A stretch of 32,000 bases of DNA from Aliivibrio fischeri ES114 (GTDB lineage: Bacteria; Pseudomonadota; Gammaproteobacteria; Enterobacterales; Vibrionaceae): assembly GCF_000011805.1 (NCBI RefSeq), contig NC_006840.2, one strand, 5' to 3'. The position numbers were made by a program, and so were the translations under genes. Positions 8,000-18,015 of the stretch are shown here, piece by piece (position 1 is the first letter of the stretch; each line of letters starts with the position of its first letter). The notes under the pieces were generated by a model that saw nothing but the letters and a program-made list of their open reading frames with translations, was not told the origin of the DNA and searched no databases.

Positions 8000-10276
8000 T
8001 TATTCACTTTCTTCTTCAGTCGTTGTGCTCTCACCATTAATATCAATACGAGTAACTCGTTGTAGGCCTCTTGGCAGTAAGCTACCACGGCGACCACGCT
8101 CCCCACGGAAGTTATCTAAATCCGTAGGTTTCAATCCTAACTTACGTTTACCTGCGTATAAGGTAATGGTTGCACCTTGAGGTAATGGTAATAAGTGAGA
8201 CAAAAACTCTTCACGAGATTTCGAACGCGCTGCCGGAATATTAATGATCTTATTACCCTTACCTTTACCTAACTGTGGTAAATCTTTAATAGGGAATAAA
8301 AGCATTCGACCTTCGTTAGTGATAGCTAGAATTTCATCACTTTCTAAGTCAGATACCGCTTCTGGGTTCATTACTTGTGAGTTTTCAGGAAGCGTTAATA
8401 GGGCTTTACCGTTTTTATTTTTAGACAGTAAATCTGCACCCTTACAAACAAAACCGTAACCAGCATCAGAGCTGATTAACCATGTCTGCTCTTCTTCACC
8501 CATAACCACATGCGTAATTTGACTGCCCGCTGTAATATTTAAGCGACCTGTAATTGGCTCACCCTGACTTCTTGCTGAAGGCAATGTATGCGATTCAAGC
8601 GCGTAGCTTCGACCATTACTGCCCATAAAGACAGCTGGCGCGTTACTCTTACCACGCGCATGGGCTAAGTATTTATCACCTGATTTATAGTTCAATGTTG
8701 TTGGATCAACATCATGACCTTTAGCATGACGAATCCAACCTTTATCAGAAAGAACAACCGTAATCGCTTCACTTGGGATCAAGTCACGCTCTGTCATCGC
8801 TTTCGCTTCTGCACGCTCAACCAATGGAGAACGGCGATCATCACCAAACTTCTCAGCATCCGCTAAGATTTCTTTCTTAATTAATGTGTTTAAACGACGC
8901 TCTGAACCTAATAGTTTCTCAAGATAATCACGCTCTTTAGCTAACTCATCTTGTTCACCACGGATCTTAATCTCTTCCAGTTTAGCTAACTGACGAAGTT
9001 TAATTTCTAAAATCGCTTCCGCTTGTTTCTCAGATAAATCAAAGCGAGTCATTAACTCATGCTTTGGATCATCTTCAGTACGGATGATTTCAATCACTTC
9101 ATCGATATTTAAGTAAGCCGCTAAAAGACCTTCTAAAATATGTAGACGAGCCAGCACTTTATCTAAACGGTGTTGAAGACGTTTACGCACTGTTGTGCGA
9201 CGGAATTCAATCCATTCAGAAAGAATAGATACCAAACCTTTCACTTGAGGACGCTGATCCAAACCAATCATGTTTAAGTTAACACGGTAGCTTTTTTCAA
9301 GATCTGTCGAAGCAAATAAATGGTTCATTAATGGTTCCGCATCCACTCGGTTTGAGCGAGGAACAATAACGATACGTGTTGGATTCTCATGATCAGATTC
9401 ATCACGAAGATCATCTACCATAGGTAACTTCTTCGCTCGCATTTGGTTTGCGATTTGCTCTAATAATTTACTACCAGATACTTGATGTGGCAGAGCGGTA
9501 ATAACAATATCACCCTCTTCTTTATGCCATACCGCACGCATTTTAATGCTGCCTCTACCTGAACGGTAAATCTTTTTAATTTCACTTGATGGTGAAATAA
9601 TTTCAGCTTTGGTTGGGTAATCTGGACCTTTTACAAAATCCATCACCTCATCTAAATCCGCTTTTGGATTTTCTAATAGGTGAACTGTTGCATTTGCGAC
9701 TTCACGTACATTGTGGGGTGGAATGTCTGTTGCCATACCAACCGCGATACCAGTAATACCATTCAATAAAATATGAGGTAAACGTGAAGGTAATATCGTT
9801 GGCTCTTTCATTGTGCCATCAAAGTTTGGTTGCCAATCAACCGTACCTTGACCAATTTCGCCTAGCAATACATCAGCAAACTTAGACAGTTTTGATTCCG
9901 TATAACGCATCGCAGCAAATGATTTCGGATCATCTGGAGCACCCCAGTTACCTTGACCATCAACTAGTGGATAACGATAAGAGAAAGGCTGAGCCATTAA
10001 TACCATGGCTTCATAACACGCAGAGTCACCGTGTGGGTGGTACTTACCTAATACATCACCAACGGTACGTGCTGATTTCTTATACTTTGCGTTTGCTGAT
10101 AATCCAAGTTCAGACATCGCGTAAATAATACGACGTTGAACCGGTTTTAAACCATCACCGATATACGGTAATGCACGGTCCATGATTACGTACATGGAAT
10201 AATTTAGATAAGCGTCTTCTGTAAACTTGCGCAGTGGCAGCTGTTCAACACCTTCTAAGGACATTTCTGTACTCAT
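8000..10276 (-). CDS. parC: DNA topoisomerase IV subunit A
   Basis: 758 aa, collinear with E. coli ParC. The QRDR is [13 protein letters not shown] and the active-site Tyr is in AAMRYTE. It lies 2 nt downstream of parE. Confidence 0.97.
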   Translation of the reverse strand: MSTEMSLEGVEQLPLRKFTEDAYLNYSMYVIMDRALPYIGDGLKPVQRRIIYAMSELGLSANAKYKKSARTVGDVLGKYHPHGDSACYEAMVLMAQPFSYRYPLVDGQGNWGAPDDPKSFAAMRYTESKLSKFADVLLGEIGQGTVDWQPNFDGTMKEPTILPSRLPHILLNGITGIAVGMATDIPPHNVREVANATVHLLENPKADLDEVMDFVKGPDYPTKAEIISPSSEIKKIYRSGRGSIKMRAVWHKEEGDIVITALPHQVSGSKLLEQIANQMRAKKLPMVDDLRDESDHENPTRIVIVPRSNRVDAEPLMNHLFASTDLEKSYRVNLNMIGLDQRPQVKGLVSILSEWIEFRRTTVRKRLQHRLDKVLARLHILEGLLAAYLNIDEVIEIIRTEDDPKHELMTRFDLSEKQAEAILEIKLRQLAKLEEIKIRGEQDELAKERDYLEKLLGSERRLNTLIKKEILADAEKFGDDRRSPLVERAEAKAMTERDLIPSEAITVVLSDKGWIRHAKGHDVDPTTLNYKSGDKYLAHARGKSNAPAVFMGSNGRSYALESHTLPSARSQGEPITGRLNITAGSQITHVVMGEEEQTWLISSDAGYGFVCKGADLLSKNKNGKALLTLPENSQVMNPEAVSDLESDEILAITNEGRMLLFPIKDLPQLGKGKGNKIINIPAARSKSREEFLSHLLPLPQGATITLYAGKRKLGLKPTDLDNFRGERGRRGSLLPRGLQRVTRIDINGESTTTEEESE

Positions 10277-10278
10277 TT

Positions 10279-12159
10279 TTATACCTCTGCCTGATCGCCA
10301 TTAGATTGTAGCCAAGAGCGACGATCGTCTGCACGTTTCTTGCCTAAAAGCATATCCATCATTTCATCAGTTTGTTCATCATCATCGATTGTTAACTGAA
10401 CAAGACGTCGTGTATTTGGATCCATCGTCGTTTCACGCAATTGAAGTGGGTTCATCTCACCCAATCCTTTAAATCGCTGTACGTTAATTTTTGCGCGCTT
10501 ATTGCTTAGACGGTCTAATACACCTTCTTTTTCTTCTTCATCAAGTGCATAGAACACCTCTTTACCGCAATCAATACGATACAAAGGAGGCATGGCAACA
10601 TAAACGTGACCAGCCTGAACCAGTGCTTTGAAATGTTTTAGATAAAGTGCACATAGCAAGGTTGCAATGTGAAGACCATCAGAATCGGCATCGGCAAGAA
10701 TACATACTTTACCGTAACGTAAACCTGATAAATCATCGGAATCAGGGTCAATACCTAAAGCAACAGAAATATCATGAACTTCTTGAGACGCTAATACTTG
10801 GTCAGCCGACACTTCCCATGTATTCAGAATTTTACCACGCAGTGGCATAACAGCTTGGAACTCACGATCACGAGCTTGTTTTGCAGAACCACCCGCCGAG
10901 TCCCCTTCCACTAAGAAAAGTTCAGTACGAGCCAAATCTTGAACAGAACAATCGGTCAATTTACCAGGAAGAGCTGGGCCAGAAGCTATTTTCTTACGAA
11001 CCACTTTTTTAGCTGCACGCATACGACGGTGCGCATTCGCAATACATGCTTCAGCAAGTTGCTCTGCAATTTGTGGTTTCTCATTCAACCATAAGCTGAA
11101 TGCATCTTTTACCACACCAGAAACAAACGCTGCACACTGACGTGAAGATAAACGCTCTTTAGTTTGGCCAGCAAATTGTGGATCTTGCATTTTCACCGAT
11201 AATACGTAGGCACAACGGTCCCAAATATCATCAGCAGTTAGCTTAACACCACGAGGAACAAGGTTACGGAACTCACAAAACTCACGCATTGCATCAAGAA
11301 GACCTTGGCGCATGCCATTTACGTGCGTACCACCTTGTGCTGTAGGAATAAGGTTTACATAACTTTCAGCAACTAGCTCACCGCCTTCAGGTAGCCAAGT
11401 TACCGCCCAATCAGCCGCTTCACCAGTACCAGAAAAAGCACCCGTAAATGGAATTTCTGGTAATAATGTAAAGCCAGTTACACCTTCAAGAAGGTAATCT
11501 TTAAGACCATCTTCATAACACCAGTTATGCTCTTTATCGTTAACTTTATCTTTAAAAACAATTTCTAAACCAGGACAAAGTACTGCTTTAGCTTTTAGAT
11601 TATTAATAAGACGAGTAACAGAGAATTTTGCTGAATCAAAATAGCTCGCATCAGGCCAAAAGTGAACACTGGTACCACGATTACGACGGCCACAAGTACC
11701 TGTTACCGTTAGGTCTGATACTTTGTCGCCATTTTCAAAAGCAATTTCATATACCTGACCATCACGACGAACCGTTACTTCAACTCGTTTTGACAAAGCA
11801 TTTACTACAGAGATACCAACCCCGTGTAAGCCACCTGAGAATTCGTAGTTTTTACCTGAGAATTTACCACCTGCATGCAACTTACATAAAATAAGTTCAA
11901 CACCAGAAACTTTTTCTACTGGGTGGATATCAACAGGCATACCACGCCCATCATCAATAACTTCAAGTGATTGATCGGCATGTAAAATTACTTCAACTTT
12001 TTTCGCGTGTCCGGCTAGGGCTTCATCGACACTGTTATCAATAACTTCTTGGCCCAAATGGTTTGGACGAACAGTGTCGGTGTACATACCAGGACGGCGA
12101 CGAACGGGCTCAAGGCCATTTAGAACCTCAATGGCTCCTGCATTATATTGTTCAGTCAT
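10279..12159 (-). CDS. parE: DNA topoisomerase IV subunit B
   Basis: 626 aa. GHKL ATPase motifs ([26 protein letters not shown]), Toprim EGDSAGG, and PLRGKILN. It lacks the GyrB-specific insertion, which fits ParE. Confidence 0.97.
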   Translation of the reverse strand: MTEQYNAGAIEVLNGLEPVRRRPGMYTDTVRPNHLGQEVIDNSVDEALAGHAKKVEVILHADQSLEVIDDGRGMPVDIHPVEKVSGVELILCKLHAGGKFSGKNYEFSGGLHGVGISVVNALSKRVEVTVRRDGQVYEIAFENGDKVSDLTVTGTCGRRNRGTSVHFWPDASYFDSAKFSVTRLINNLKAKAVLCPGLEIVFKDKVNDKEHNWCYEDGLKDYLLEGVTGFTLLPEIPFTGAFSGTGEAADWAVTWLPEGGELVAESYVNLIPTAQGGTHVNGMRQGLLDAMREFCEFRNLVPRGVKLTADDIWDRCAYVLSVKMQDPQFAGQTKERLSSRQCAAFVSGVVKDAFSLWLNEKPQIAEQLAEACIANAHRRMRAAKKVVRKKIASGPALPGKLTDCSVQDLARTELFLVEGDSAGGSAKQARDREFQAVMPLRGKILNTWEVSADQVLASQEVHDISVALGIDPDSDDLSGLRYGKVCILADADSDGLHIATLLCALYLKHFKALVQAGHVYVAMPPLYRIDCGKEVFYALDEEEKEGVLDRLSNKRAKINVQRFKGLGEMNPLQLRETTMDPNTRRLVQLTIDDDEQTDEMMDMLLGKKRADDRRSWLQSNGDQAEV

Positions 12160-12302
12160 ATCTCGGAAGGCTTCTTAAAATTTGTCACATAGTCTGAAAG
12201 GGAGAAGGGAAAGTCAAGCAAACGCCCCTATTCCACTCTAAATATGTGGCTTTGTATTAAAGATTGTATCGATACTGTGTCTCTTGCGTAGAGAAACAGT
12301 AA

Positions 12303-12887
12303 CTATAAATTTAGAAATTGAATAATTTGTTCAGGATAACGCTCAAAGTTAACAAAACTATGATCGCCACCTTTTTCTATTGTCTGTTTACAAGCTAAAT
12401 ACTTATCTACAGCTTGTCGATAATCGAGGACTTCATCGCCTTCTTGTTGCAATAACCATAAGTCATCAACAGAATGTAACGTTTCTACTTGCAACGCTAA
12501 CAGCTCTTCCATGTGCTTCTCTTCAAGAAAGTATTCTTCTTGAGTATATGGATTTACTTGCTTTCCAAGGTAATCGGCGAGTAACTCATAAGGCTTAACC
12601 GCAGGGTTAACTAAAGCTGCTTTAAAACCATATTGATGATTTAACCACGTAGATAAATACCCACCAAGAGAACTACCGACCAAACCAATCTGATGCGTGT
12701 CTTTATATTCTTCAACAAGTTGGACTAAAAACTCTGCCGCTTGTGAAGGATAAGAAGGTAAACGAGGCACGATAACCTTGATATCTGGCCGGTGTACTTT
12801 GCAATACTCAGCCATGACTTGTGCCTTATGAGATAAAGGAGAGCTGTTAAAACCGTGGATATACAAAAGCAAACTTGGTTTATTCAT
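12303..12887 (-). CDS. yqiA: esterase YqiA (alpha/beta hydrolase, UPF0227)
   Basis: LLYIHGFNSSP and the nucleophile elbow GSSLGG are present. Synteny parE-yqiA-cpdA matches E. coli. The ATG overlaps the cpdA stop (TAATG). Confidence 0.88.
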   Translation of the reverse strand: MNKPSLLLYIHGFNSSPLSHKAQVMAEYCKVHRPDIKVIVPRLPSYPSQAAEFLVQLVEEYKDTHQIGLVGSSLGGYLSTWLNHQYGFKAALVNPAVKPYELLADYLGKQVNPYTQEEYFLEEKHMEELLALQVETLHSVDDLWLLQQEGDEVLDYRQAVDKYLACKQTIEKGGDHSFVNFERYPEQIIQFLNL

Positions 12888-13711
12888 TAGTAGCCCCCAG
12901 CTTCACTATCCGCTGAAAAGTCACAATCTTTAAGTCGATATACCTGCGTTTCAATATCACCATTTGGTAATAAGTCTAATGTTCTCCAACCTGGAGCTTG
13001 AGAATCCAAAGCAAAATCATCTGAATCAGGAAGAAATTGCACACAAGTAGATGGTGTAGCTAATAAGCGAATACCGTTAACAACTCGGTCTAATTCTTGA
13101 TGAATATGCCCGCAAACAATTCCATTCACATTATGATGTTTTGCTAAGACAGACCAAAATTGCTCACTTTCTTTAAGTTGATGCTGATCTAGCCAAGCGC
13201 TTCCTGCAGGCAATGGATGGTGATGCAATAATACCAATGAATGACGTTGAGGGTGTTGAGATAATGCGTTATCTAATAATGTTAACTGCTCATCAGATAA
13301 TGCACCATGAGGAACGCCTACAACTTGGCTGTCCAGAATAATCACTTGCCAATGCTGACCAATAAGTAAATGTTCACACGCACTAATTTGTGGAGAAGGC
13401 AAAACACCGCCCATGCTTGGCTTATAGTCATGATTACCAGGAAGCCAAAAACAAGGCTTTTTTAGAGGTATTATTCCCTTAACAAAGTGCTGATAAGATT
13501 CAACGGTGTGATCTTGAGAAATATCACCCGTAGCAAGAATGGCATCAAAATCAGGAGTTCGCTGTAGTACTTGTTCTACAACGCTTTGAAAGCTTTTTCG
13601 TGTAGGTACGCCAAGTAATGCACCATCTTCTGGCGCAAACAAATGGGTATCTGTTATCTGTAACAAGCGAATCGAATCGCTTTCTTCATTAAGTAATGTT
13701 TCAGAGAGCAA
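12887..13711 (-). CDS. cpdA: 3',5'-cyclic-AMP phosphodiesterase
   Basis: Metallophosphoesterase motifs DTHL, GDISQD, GNHD, HHHP and GHIH. Synteny matches E. coli cpdA (icc). Confidence 0.92.
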   Translation of the reverse strand: MLSETLLNEESDSIRLLQITDTHLFAPEDGALLGVPTRKSFQSVVEQVLQRTPDFDAILATGDISQDHTVESYQHFVKGIIPLKKPCFWLPGNHDYKPSMGGVLPSPQISACEHLLIGQHWQVIILDSQVVGVPHGALSDEQLTLLDNALSQHPQRHSLVLLHHHPLPAGSAWLDQHQLKESEQFWSVLAKHHNVNGIVCGHIHQELDRVVNGIRLLATPSTCVQFLPDSDDFALDSQAPGWRTLDLLPNGDIETQVYRLKDCDFSADSEAGGY

Positions 13712-13726
13712 AATAGCTACAACCTT

Positions 13727-14158
13727 TTAATTCTTTTCTAAAAAAATGGGTTCTTGGCTTATCCCATTTTTTAAACAAAACGTCAGCCAGTCACTTAGGA
13801 ACTGGTTTAATTGATGCTTTTCATCTTTCTGAAGCATCTTTCCATTTGGATAATCATATTTTGCTTTGATATAAGCAAGTTGCTGGCTTGCACATACCTC
13901 AGCAACTCTCGCATCATGATAAAGTCGAACCGTTAATTTCGGAAGTGGATATATCGGTTGTTCATCAATCTGATAAACCTCAACCAATGTGGTATAAACA
14001 GTGACTTCCAAAACCTTTATCTGATACTGCTGCTGGCACACTTGATAGCTTGCTAATGCACCTATATTTTCTTTCTTTGGTAAAAGAGACACTAATTTAG
14101 CGTAATTAGTTTCATATACTCTCATCAAGCTCGCTAAATCTACATGGTATTTACGCAT
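13727..14158 (-). CDS. yqiB: DUF1249 family protein YqiB
   Basis: Collinear with E. coli YqiB (TVRLYHDARVAEVC, KAKYDYPN, DEKHQLNQFLSDWL). Start set at MRKYHVDLASLMR (ATG 14158..14156), 1 nt after the nudF stop. The ORF-track start at 14197 would overlap nudF. Confidence 0.85.
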   Translation of the reverse strand: MRKYHVDLASLMRVYETNYAKLVSLLPKKENIGALASYQVCQQQYQIKVLEVTVYTTLVEVYQIDEQPIYPLPKLTVRLYHDARVAEVCASQQLAYIKAKYDYPNGKMLQKDEKHQLNQFLSDWLTFCLKNGISQEPIFLEKN

Positions 14159-14159
14159 G

Positions 14160-14798
14160 TTATTGCGCATTCCACTGTGATCGCAAACGCGAAACATTTA
14201 ATTCTAACCATTGAAGGGCAATAATTGAGGCTGCATTCTCAATTATGCCACGATTAACAAGAGCATACGCCTCTTCACGAGAAACGACATGTACTTGAAT
14301 ATCTTCGTTTTCATCTTCTAAACCGTGGATACCTTCGGCTTTAGAAGCATCAACACACCCAACAAAAACATCGATTCTTTCAGTACAGCCACCCGAGGAT
14401 GGATAAAAATGCGATATTTTCTCTAAATGAGCAACGGTTATACCGGCTTCTTCATCGGCCTCACGAACGGCCACTTGCTCTGCTGATTCATCTTTATCGA
14501 TCATTCCAGCGACAATTTCATACTGCCAAGGTGCGTTGGATTCTAATGCTCCAACTCGGATCTGTTCAATTAATACAACCTGATCCGTTTTAGGATCATA
14601 AGGCAATAATGCAACCGCATGACCTCGTTCAAAAAGCTCTCGTTCAATGACTTCACTCCAACCGCCGCTAAACAATTGGTGACGAAAAGCAACTTTTGTC
14701 ATTTTAAAGAAACCATTAAACAAAGGCTCTTTCGATATTATTTCAACATCTTCAGAACCAAACTGATTCACTAGGTCTATATTTGATGATAAAACCAT
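14160..14798 (-). CDS. nudF: ADP-ribose pyrophosphatase (Nudix hydrolase)
   Basis: Nudix box GMIDKDESAEQVAVREADEEAGI. Divergent from tolC, as in E. coli. Confidence 0.92.
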   Translation of the reverse strand: MVLSSNIDLVNQFGSEDVEIISKEPLFNGFFKMTKVAFRHQLFSGGWSEVIERELFERGHAVALLPYDPKTDQVVLIEQIRVGALESNAPWQYEIVAGMIDKDESAEQVAVREADEEAGITVAHLEKISHFYPSSGGCTERIDVFVGCVDASKAEGIHGLEDENEDIQVHVVSREEAYALVNRGIIENAASIIALQWLELNVSRLRSQWNAQ

Positions 14799-15030
14799 CG
14801 ATTCCTCTCAATTTCTCGCTCTGTTTTATCACTCATTTTTACGAGCAACAATTTATTAACTCAACTTTTTTGATAATGCTTACATTTTTTTTATAAGCTT
14901 TCCATTATATTTCTTTGAAGTAATGCTTATAAAACGTAAAAAAACGTAATCTTTAGAGCCAGAGGGTGTCTAGATAAGGTACACTCTATGAACTATATTA
15001 TATAAAACAATTTTTGCAGGACAAACCACC

Positions 15031-16356
15031 ATGAGAAAACTGCTTCCACTCTTTATTGGAATGGCACTAGGTAGTTTCAGCTCTTTAGCTGCTGCCGATG
15101 ATCTAGCACAAGTCTACAACCAAGCTAAAGAAAATGACCCTCAGCTATTAAGAGCTGCTGCAACGAAAGACGCAGCGTTTGAAGCGGTAAACTCTTCGCA
15201 AAGTTCATTGTTACCTCAAATCGACTTAACAGCAGGCTACAATATTTTACGTAGTGACAACGATACTCGTGATAATGATCGTTTAACTGCTGGTATTAAC
15301 CTTTCTCAAGAGCTATACCAACAGTCTAGCTGGGTTAGCTTAGACATTGCAGAGAAAAGCGCTCGCCAAGCAGACTCGGCATATGCAGCAGAACAACAAG
15401 GTGTCATTTTACGTGTCGCACAAGCTTACTTTGACGTGCTGCGTGCCAACGATAACCTAGAATTTGTACGAGCAGAAAAAGCAGCCGTTGCTCGTCAACT
15501 TGAACAAACAAAACAACGTTTTGATGTAGGTTTGTCAGCAATTACCGATGTTCATGATGCTCAAGCTCAATACGATAGCGTATTAGCAAATGAAGTATTA
15601 ACAGAGAACCAATTAGTAAATAGCTACGAAGATTTACGAGTAATTACAGGCCAGGGCCATACTCACCTAAGCGTACTTGATACTAAACGCTTTTCAGCAA
15701 GCCCATCAGAGCAATCATCTGATAGCCTAATTGAAGAAGCACAAGAGAAAAACTTGAGTTTATTAGCCGCTCGTATCAGCGCTGATGTAGCAAAAGATAA
15801 TATTTCTCTAGCAAGTTCTGGTCACATGCCATCACTGACATTTGATGCGGGTTATAACTACACGGATCAAAGTGGCACAAAAAATGGCTTTAATGATGAT
15901 AGCTACGGCGACATCAATGCTGGTATTAATTTATATATCCCACTATATACCGGTGGTAATACAAGCTCACTAACAAGCCAAGCTGAATTCCAATATGTAG
16001 CAGCAAGCCAAGAGCTAGAAGCAACGTACCGTGATGTAACTAAAAATGTACGTGCATTTAATAACAACATCAATGCGTCAATTGGTGCTTTAAAAGCATA
16101 CGAACAGACAGTTATCTCTGCACAATCAGCATTAGAAGCGACAGAAGCAGGTTTTGATGTTGGTACTCGTACTATTGTTGATGTATTAGACTCTACTCGT
16201 CGTTTGTATGATGCAAACCGTAACTTAGCAAACGCTCGTTACGATTACATTATTAGCGTACTTCAGTTAAAACAAGCAGTTGGCACACTAAGCGAACAAG
16301 ATATCATGGATATCAACATGGGTTTAAAAGCAAATAAGACGACACAAACCAAATAA
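15031..16356 (+). CDS. tolC: outer membrane efflux/secretion channel TolC
   Basis: Signal peptide ending AAADDL, then AQVYNQAKENDPQLL, a typical TolC mature N-terminus. Two internally repeated halves. Conserved nudF/tolC divergent arrangement. Confidence 0.93.
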   Translation: MRKLLPLFIGMALGSFSSLAAADDLAQVYNQAKENDPQLLRAAATKDAAFEAVNSSQSSLLPQIDLTAGYNILRSDNDTRDNDRLTAGINLSQELYQQSSWVSLDIAEKSARQADSAYAAEQQGVILRVAQAYFDVLRANDNLEFVRAEKAAVARQLEQTKQRFDVGLSAITDVHDAQAQYDSVLANEVLTENQLVNSYEDLRVITGQGHTHLSVLDTKRFSASPSEQSSDSLIEEAQEKNLSLLAARISADVAKDNISLASSGHMPSLTFDAGYNYTDQSGTKNGFNDDSYGDINAGINLYIPLYTGGNTSSLTSQAEFQYVAASQELEATYRDVTKNVRAFNNNINASIGALKAYEQTVISAQSALEATEAGFDVGTRTIVDVLDSTRRLYDANRNLANARYDYIISVLQLKQAVGTLSEQDIMDINMGLKANKTTQTK

Positions 16357-16401
16357 GTTGATACCAATTATGTAATTACTACATAATTAGCACACAAACA
16401 A

Positions 16402-16430
16402 AAAAGCCACATTACTATAATGTGGCTTTT
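16402..16430. terminator. bidirectional rho-independent terminator shared by the convergent genes tolC and hldE
   Basis: AAAAGCCACATTA-CTA-TAATGTGGCTTTT. The 13-bp perfect stem is flanked by A- and T-runs. Confidence 0.85.
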
Positions 16431-16449
16431 CTTTTATCCGTTGCCGCTA

Positions 16450-17880
16450 TTAGCCGCGACCGCCTTTAATGGCTTCAATGATACCTGTTGTTGAACAGCC
16501 ATCTTCAAAGTTTAATACTTTAACTTCACCACCCGCAGCAATCACTTCAGCACCACCAGCGATATCTTCGATCGCATAATCGCCACCTTTAACCAATAGC
16601 GATGGCAATACTTGTGAGATCAATCTTTGTGGTGTGTCTTCAGAGAAAGGAACAACCCAATCAACGGCACCTAAACCAGCCAATACCGCCATACGACGAT
16701 CCGTTGGGTTAATAGGACGACCAGGACCTTTTAATCGTTGTACTGATTCATTAGTGTTAACAGCAACAATCAAACGATCACCTAATTCAGCAGCATGATT
16801 TAAATAAGAAACATGACCTGCATGTAAAATATCAAAACAGCCATTTGTCATAACGACTTTCTCACCACGAGCACGAGCTTGTTTTACCGCACTGATCAGC
16901 TGTTCTTCACCGATAATACCAAAGCCAGAATCTTGGCTACCATGAATCGCTTCTGCAAGTTCAATGGTTGATAGCGTAGAAGTACCCAATTTACCAACAA
17001 CAACACCCGCAGCGGCGTTTGCTAATGCACACGCTTCATCTAACGGTTTACCTGTTGATACTGATGCAGCCAATACTGAAATAACCGTATCACCAGCACC
17101 TGTCACATCAAACACTTCACGAGCTTGAGTAGGTAAATGCAATGGTTCCATATTACGGCGTAGTAATGTCATACCATGTTCACTACGAGTAACAAGTAAT
17201 GCTTCAAAATCAAACTCTTCGATAATCTGTTGGCCTTTTGCTACTAGATCATCTTCATCTTTAACTTTGCCAACTACCGTTTCAAATTCAAGCATATTAG
17301 GCGTTAATAACGTTGCACCACGGTAACGCTCAAAATCGGCACCTTTTGGATCAATAAACACAGGTACATTGACTTTACGTGCTTCTTGAATCATCAACTG
17401 AACGTGCTCTAAAGCGCCTTTCGCATAATCAGAAAGAACAACGGCTTTTACACTTGATAGTGCTTGTTGCATACGGCTAATAATCGGTTCTGCAGCAACA
17501 TCATGGAAGCTATCTTCAAAATCCAAACGAATAAGTTGCTGACCACGACTCATTACTCGTAATTTAGTAATAGTTGGAAATTCAGGAAGAGCAACAAAGT
17601 CACAATGTACTTTTAATGACTCTAATGTTGTTGTTAATGCTTGTGCTGGCTCATCTTCACCAACCAATCCAACTAAGTGTGCATCACCACCTAATGCAGC
17701 AATATTCATTGCTACGTTTGCTGCACCACCTGGACGTTCTTCAATTTTTTCAACTTTAACAACAGGTACTGGTGCTTCTGGTGAAATACGACTCGTAGGG
17801 CCACCCCAGTAACGGTCAAGCATCACATCACCAACAATCAATACGCTTGATTGATCATAATTTGGAAGTGTCGGTTTCAT
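16450..17880 (-). CDS. hldE: bifunctional D-beta-D-heptose 7-phosphate kinase / D-beta-D-heptose 1-phosphate adenylyltransferase
   Basis: Collinear with E. coli HldE/RfaE. PfkB kinase motif DVTGAGDT and cytidylyltransferase motif [11 protein letters not shown] are present. Start set at [10 protein letters not shown] (17880), with GGAG 7 nt upstream. The ORF-track ATG at 17895 precedes and overlaps that SD (its second and third codons supply GGAG). Confidence 0.95.
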   Translation of the reverse strand: MKPTLPNYDQSSVLIVGDVMLDRYWGGPTSRISPEAPVPVVKVEKIEERPGGAANVAMNIAALGGDAHLVGLVGEDEPAQALTTTLESLKVHCDFVALPEFPTITKLRVMSRGQQLIRLDFEDSFHDVAAEPIISRMQQALSSVKAVVLSDYAKGALEHVQLMIQEARKVNVPVFIDPKGADFERYRGATLLTPNMLEFETVVGKVKDEDDLVAKGQQIIEEFDFEALLVTRSEHGMTLLRRNMEPLHLPTQAREVFDVTGAGDTVISVLAASVSTGKPLDEACALANAAAGVVVGKLGTSTLSTIELAEAIHGSQDSGFGIIGEEQLISAVKQARARGEKVVMTNGCFDILHAGHVSYLNHAAELGDRLIVAVNTNESVQRLKGPGRPINPTDRRMAVLAGLGAVDWVVPFSEDTPQRLISQVLPSLLVKGGDYAIEDIAGGAEVIAAGGEVKVLNFEDGCSTTGIIEAIKGGRG

Positions 17881-18015
17881 TCTTTTCTCCGGCAATAAAT
17901 AGCAAACTATCCACCATTATTGGTTCGAGCTATTTATAAAAAATCTACTGTTACAAATGGTAGCATTTACGCAAGTTCTACGCCAACTTAGTCGTTTTAA
18001 ACCTAACGTTAACTA

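Noticed and set aside
8244-12598. Multiple 60-90-aa ORFs antisense to parC, parE and yqiA (for example 8244..8459, 9892..10128, 10647..10850, 11628..11894 and 12380..12598).
   Set aside because: All are nested within strongly supported conserved genes on the opposite strand. They have biased, His/Gln/Leu-rich nonsense-like composition typical of antisense frames in AT-rich genomes.
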